Virus record (IMG/VR): IMGVR_UViG_3300033067_001309
Coordinates: 1-34,950 of that record
Reading direction: 5' to 3' (one strand)
From: a virus
Lineage: Duplodnaviria > Caudoviricetes
Length of the DNA stretch: 34,950 nucleotides
This document shows positions 32,934-34,950 of the stretch, piece by piece. The notes beneath the pieces are model-generated. The model worked only from the letters and a program-made list of their open reading frames with translations. It did not search any database and was not told the origin of the DNA. Position 1 is the first letter of the stretch, and each line of letters begins with the position of its first letter. The translations under genes were made by a program, and so were the position numbers.

Positions 32934-33265
32934 GACTTCCTCCCAAAAACAAGGCCGGCCCAATCGCTGGGCAACTTCGCGGGCGGCCCGTCCGGGTAGC
33001 ACTGCTTGCAGTCGTGCTTGCCGCACTCGTGGCAGCAGCCGATGGGGCACGGGTCGAGGTAGTCGATCAGTCCGGCGTCGCGCTCCTCGATGCCGCGCTG
33101 CAGGCAGTCGAAGTCGCCGTGGTGCCAGGCGTCGGTCAGGCTGCAGCACTCGCAGATAACCAGCCAGACCGGGGAGCCGTCGTCGAGGTGAGGACCCAGG
33201 CGCCCGAGGGGCCGGAGGCAGTCCTGGCGATGCCAGCAGAGCATGGGGCAGGCGGTGCCGCTCAT
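32930..33265 (-). CDS. Cys/His-rich hypothetical protein
   Basis: GAGGTG SD; CEC, CCHEC and CKQC motifs. Confidence 0.7.
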   Translation of the reverse strand: MSGTACPMLCWHRQDCLRPLGRLGPHLDDGSPVWLVICECCSLTDAWHHGDFDCLQRGIEERDAGLIDYLDPCPIGCCHECGKHDCKQCYPDGPPAKLPSDWAGLVFGRKS

Positions 33266-33498
33266 GACTGCACCTCGGCGCACGACGGGCAGCGGTCGCG
33301 CGTGTTCACCTCACCGTCTGCGCCGTCCTCTGGCTTGGAGACGACGTCAGAAACCCAGCCGCTTGGCATGGTCATCTCAGCGATCAGTCCGTCGCCGTTT
33401 GCAGCTATGAAAATCTCGGCCTCGCTTTCACCGAGACACCAGTCGCAGGTGACCGTCGTGCACAGCCTCAGAGTTTTGGCCTTGATGGTGTGTGTCAC
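33262..33498 (-). CDS. Small zinc-ribbon-like protein
   Basis: TCDWC..PSGW..CPSC; GAGGTG SD. Confidence 0.7.
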   Translation of the reverse strand: MTHTIKAKTLRLCTTVTCDWCLGESEAEIFIAANGDGLIAEMTMPSGWVSDVVSKPEDGADGEVNTRDRCPSCAEVQS

Positions 33499-34253
33499 GG
33501 CTGCACCTCGGCCTTCGGGGTCTCAGCGGGCTTGGTCAGCTCGGCCTTGCGCTTGGCGTAGTCGTGGCGCAGCGCTTCGCGCTTACCCAGGGGCAGGCTC
33601 CGCACCTCGGCTCCCGCCGCCTCCAGGGCCTCCAGGCTGCTCGCCTGGGCGATGCGCTCGCGGATGGCTCCGGCGTCAGGGGCCGGGAGGGCCTTCGGGG
33701 CCTCGACGGTGGGCGCGGGTCTTCTCTCAGGGGCCGACGCCACCACCTCCACCTTCGGGGCGGCGATCTCGGCTGCCTCGCCCTCCTCGTAGAGCCCGAG
33801 GACGAGGTCCGGGTAGACGTCGCGGGCGAGGTCGGCGGCGCAGCGGTGGCGGAGCATCTGGGCCGGGTAACTGCTCCAGGTCGAGCCGCCGAGGTTGGCC
33901 CGCTTGGCGTCCTGCATCGTCCAGGTCCGGCGCACGGGAGGCGAGCCCTTGCGCTGCGTCTCGTAGATGGCCCGCTCGGGCGTGCTCTCGATGCAGACGA
34001 ACCGCTCGCAGACGGGGCTGCGGACGCAGAGGGCGACGAGGGTGTCAGCGGCGAGGATGGGTCGCCCCTTCACCACGTAGATGCCCCTGAGGCTCTGCAT
34101 GGCCGAGAGGCCCAGCTCGAGGCCGGTGAGGAGGACGACCAAGACGTCTCCCGGCTTGCCCCGGAGGGTGTCGGGCAGGAGGGCGCTCTGGGCAATCTGT
34201 TTGGCGAAGTGCTCAGCTTCGGCGAGGGACTGCGGTGCAAGGGCGGTGGTCAT
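33495..34253 (-). CDS. RecT/Redbeta-family single-strand annealing protein
   Basis: LRGKPGDV..GLELGLSAMQSLRGIYVVKGRP..WSSYPAQMLRHR..ARDVYPDLVLGLY. ATG 34251-34253. Confidence 0.88.
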   Translation of the reverse strand: MTTALAPQSLAEAEHFAKQIAQSALLPDTLRGKPGDVLVVLLTGLELGLSAMQSLRGIYVVKGRPILAADTLVALCVRSPVCERFVCIESTPERAIYETQRKGSPPVRRTWTMQDAKRANLGGSTWSSYPAQMLRHRCAADLARDVYPDLVLGLYEEGEAAEIAAPKVEVVASAPERRPAPTVEAPKALPAPDAGAIRERIAQASSLEALEAAGAEVRSLPLGKREALRHDYAKRKAELTKPAETPKAEVQP

Positions 34254-34489
34254 CGCAGTCCCTCCGTCACCCTGAAGAGACGATCGGCGCAGCGGGCGAG
34301 GTCGTTCGGACTGGCAACCTCGGCCCACGGCGCTTCTGCGTCTTTGTGGATGAGGTAGAAAAACCTGATACACAGCCCGTCGAGCCTCGCCTCGGCGTGG
34401 GCGTTGCTCCAGACGTTCGGCATGGTCGCCAAGAGAGGAAGCTCGTGGCGTGGGCGCGTCGGCAGCGGCTGCTGTTTTTTGGTGGTCAT
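34250..34489 (-). CDS. Hypothetical protein
   Basis: AGGAG SD; ATGA coupling. Confidence 0.65.
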   Translation of the reverse strand: MTTKKQQPLPTRPRHELPLLATMPNVWSNAHAEARLDGLCIRFFYLIHKDAEAPWAEVASPNDLARCADRLFRVTEGLR

Positions 34490-34626
34490 CGGCGGTTGCT
34501 CCTGTTGAGGTTGAGAGATGCGTGCTGCGTGACGTCGGGCGGGCTGCTGCGTCTGCGGTGGGCGTCCCAGCCCAGCCACCACATGCCGAGGTGGCTGAGC
34601 AGGTAGGCGAAGAGGGCGCAGGTCAT
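34486..34626 (-). CDS. 46-aa hydrophobic peptide (MTCALFAYLLSHLGMWWLGW...)
   Basis: GGAGG SD; ATGA coupling to the repeat gene stop. Confidence 0.6.
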   Translation of the reverse strand: MTCALFAYLLSHLGMWWLGWDAHRRRSSPPDVTQHASLNLNRSNRR

Positions 34627-34950
34627 CCGGCCTCCGCGTACTGGGACAACAGCGGGTCTGCCACCCACTCCCAGATCAGGATGTGCTCTGGGGTGCCCTG
34701 ATCCCGGGCGGCGAACCACCGGGGCCAGTGGGGCGGGAGGCCAGCATGGTCTTCGGCGCTTGAGCCACTCCCGTACCCGTCCCCGGACCCGTACCCGTAC
34801 CCGGACCCGTACCCGTACCCGGACCCGTCCCCGTCCCCGTACCCGGACCCGTACCCGGACCCGTACCCGGACCCGGACCCGTACCCGGACCCGGACCCGG
34901 ACCCGTCCCCGGCCCCGTCCCCGTCCCCGTACCCGTCCCCCTCCCCGCAC
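34623..34950 (-). CDS. C-terminal part of Gly-X repeat protein (...CGEGDGYGDG...GSGSSAEDHAGLPPHWPRWF...YAEAG)
   Basis: Manual translation in the same frame as 1-185. TGA 34623-34625 overlaps the next ATG. Confidence 0.75.
   Translation of the reverse strand, partial: CGEGDGYGDGDGAGDGSGSGSGYGSGSGYGSGYGSGYGDGDGSGYGYGSGYGYGSGDGYGSGSSAEDHAGLPPHWPRWFAARDQGTPEHILIWEWVADPLLSQYAEAG
34770..34946 (-). repeat. Hexamer tandem repeat GGG-NNN, 30 GGG units
   Basis: Same unit set and orientation as 1-131. Confidence 0.97.

Larger units (their letters stand above)
1..34950. mobile_element. Temperate tailed phage genome (podovirus-like gene order), probably circular/excised form
   Basis: Terminase, portal, capsid, lysis, integrase/attP, repressor/Cro and replication modules are all present. 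No host housekeeping genes and no tape-measure, tube or sheath gene are recognisable. Both ends lie in the same repeat gene in the same frame. Confidence 0.93.

Noticed and set aside
34486-34950. Track ORF encoding poly-(RV/RG)
   Set aside because: It is an alternative frame of the hexamer repeat starting at the window edge. The Gly-X frame matches the left end and ends in a coupled stop. Only the last 46 codons look like a real gene.

Overview
The window looks like a complete or near-complete ~35 kb genome of a high-GC temperate tailed phage with a podovirus-like layout, opened inside a Gly-X hexamer repeat gene whose two halves sit in frame at the window ends. Modules: leftward early genes (1-2417, continuing 34950-30196), a CI/Cro-like switch with matching promoter/operators, HNH, DNA methyltransferase, replication initiator with internal iterons, RusA-like resolvase, an antisense lipoprotein moron, terminase, portal, scaffold, capsid, adaptor, nozzle, three putative ejection proteins, a signal-peptide-bearing Cys-paired fibre module, holin and GH19 endolysin. 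Next come attP (3' half of tRNA-Gln(TTG) between 26-bp direct repeats), a tyrosine integrase split by one in-frame TAG, Xis and RecT. A myxobacterial host is inferred, not shown. The most unusual items are the apparently exported fibre module, a three-copy GTGAT-N6-ATCAC palindrome at late-gene ribosome-binding sites, the all-GGG Gly repeat gene, a hidden 58-aa ORF plus structured capsid leader, and the amber-split integrase. Family calls come from motif recognition only; no searches were run.
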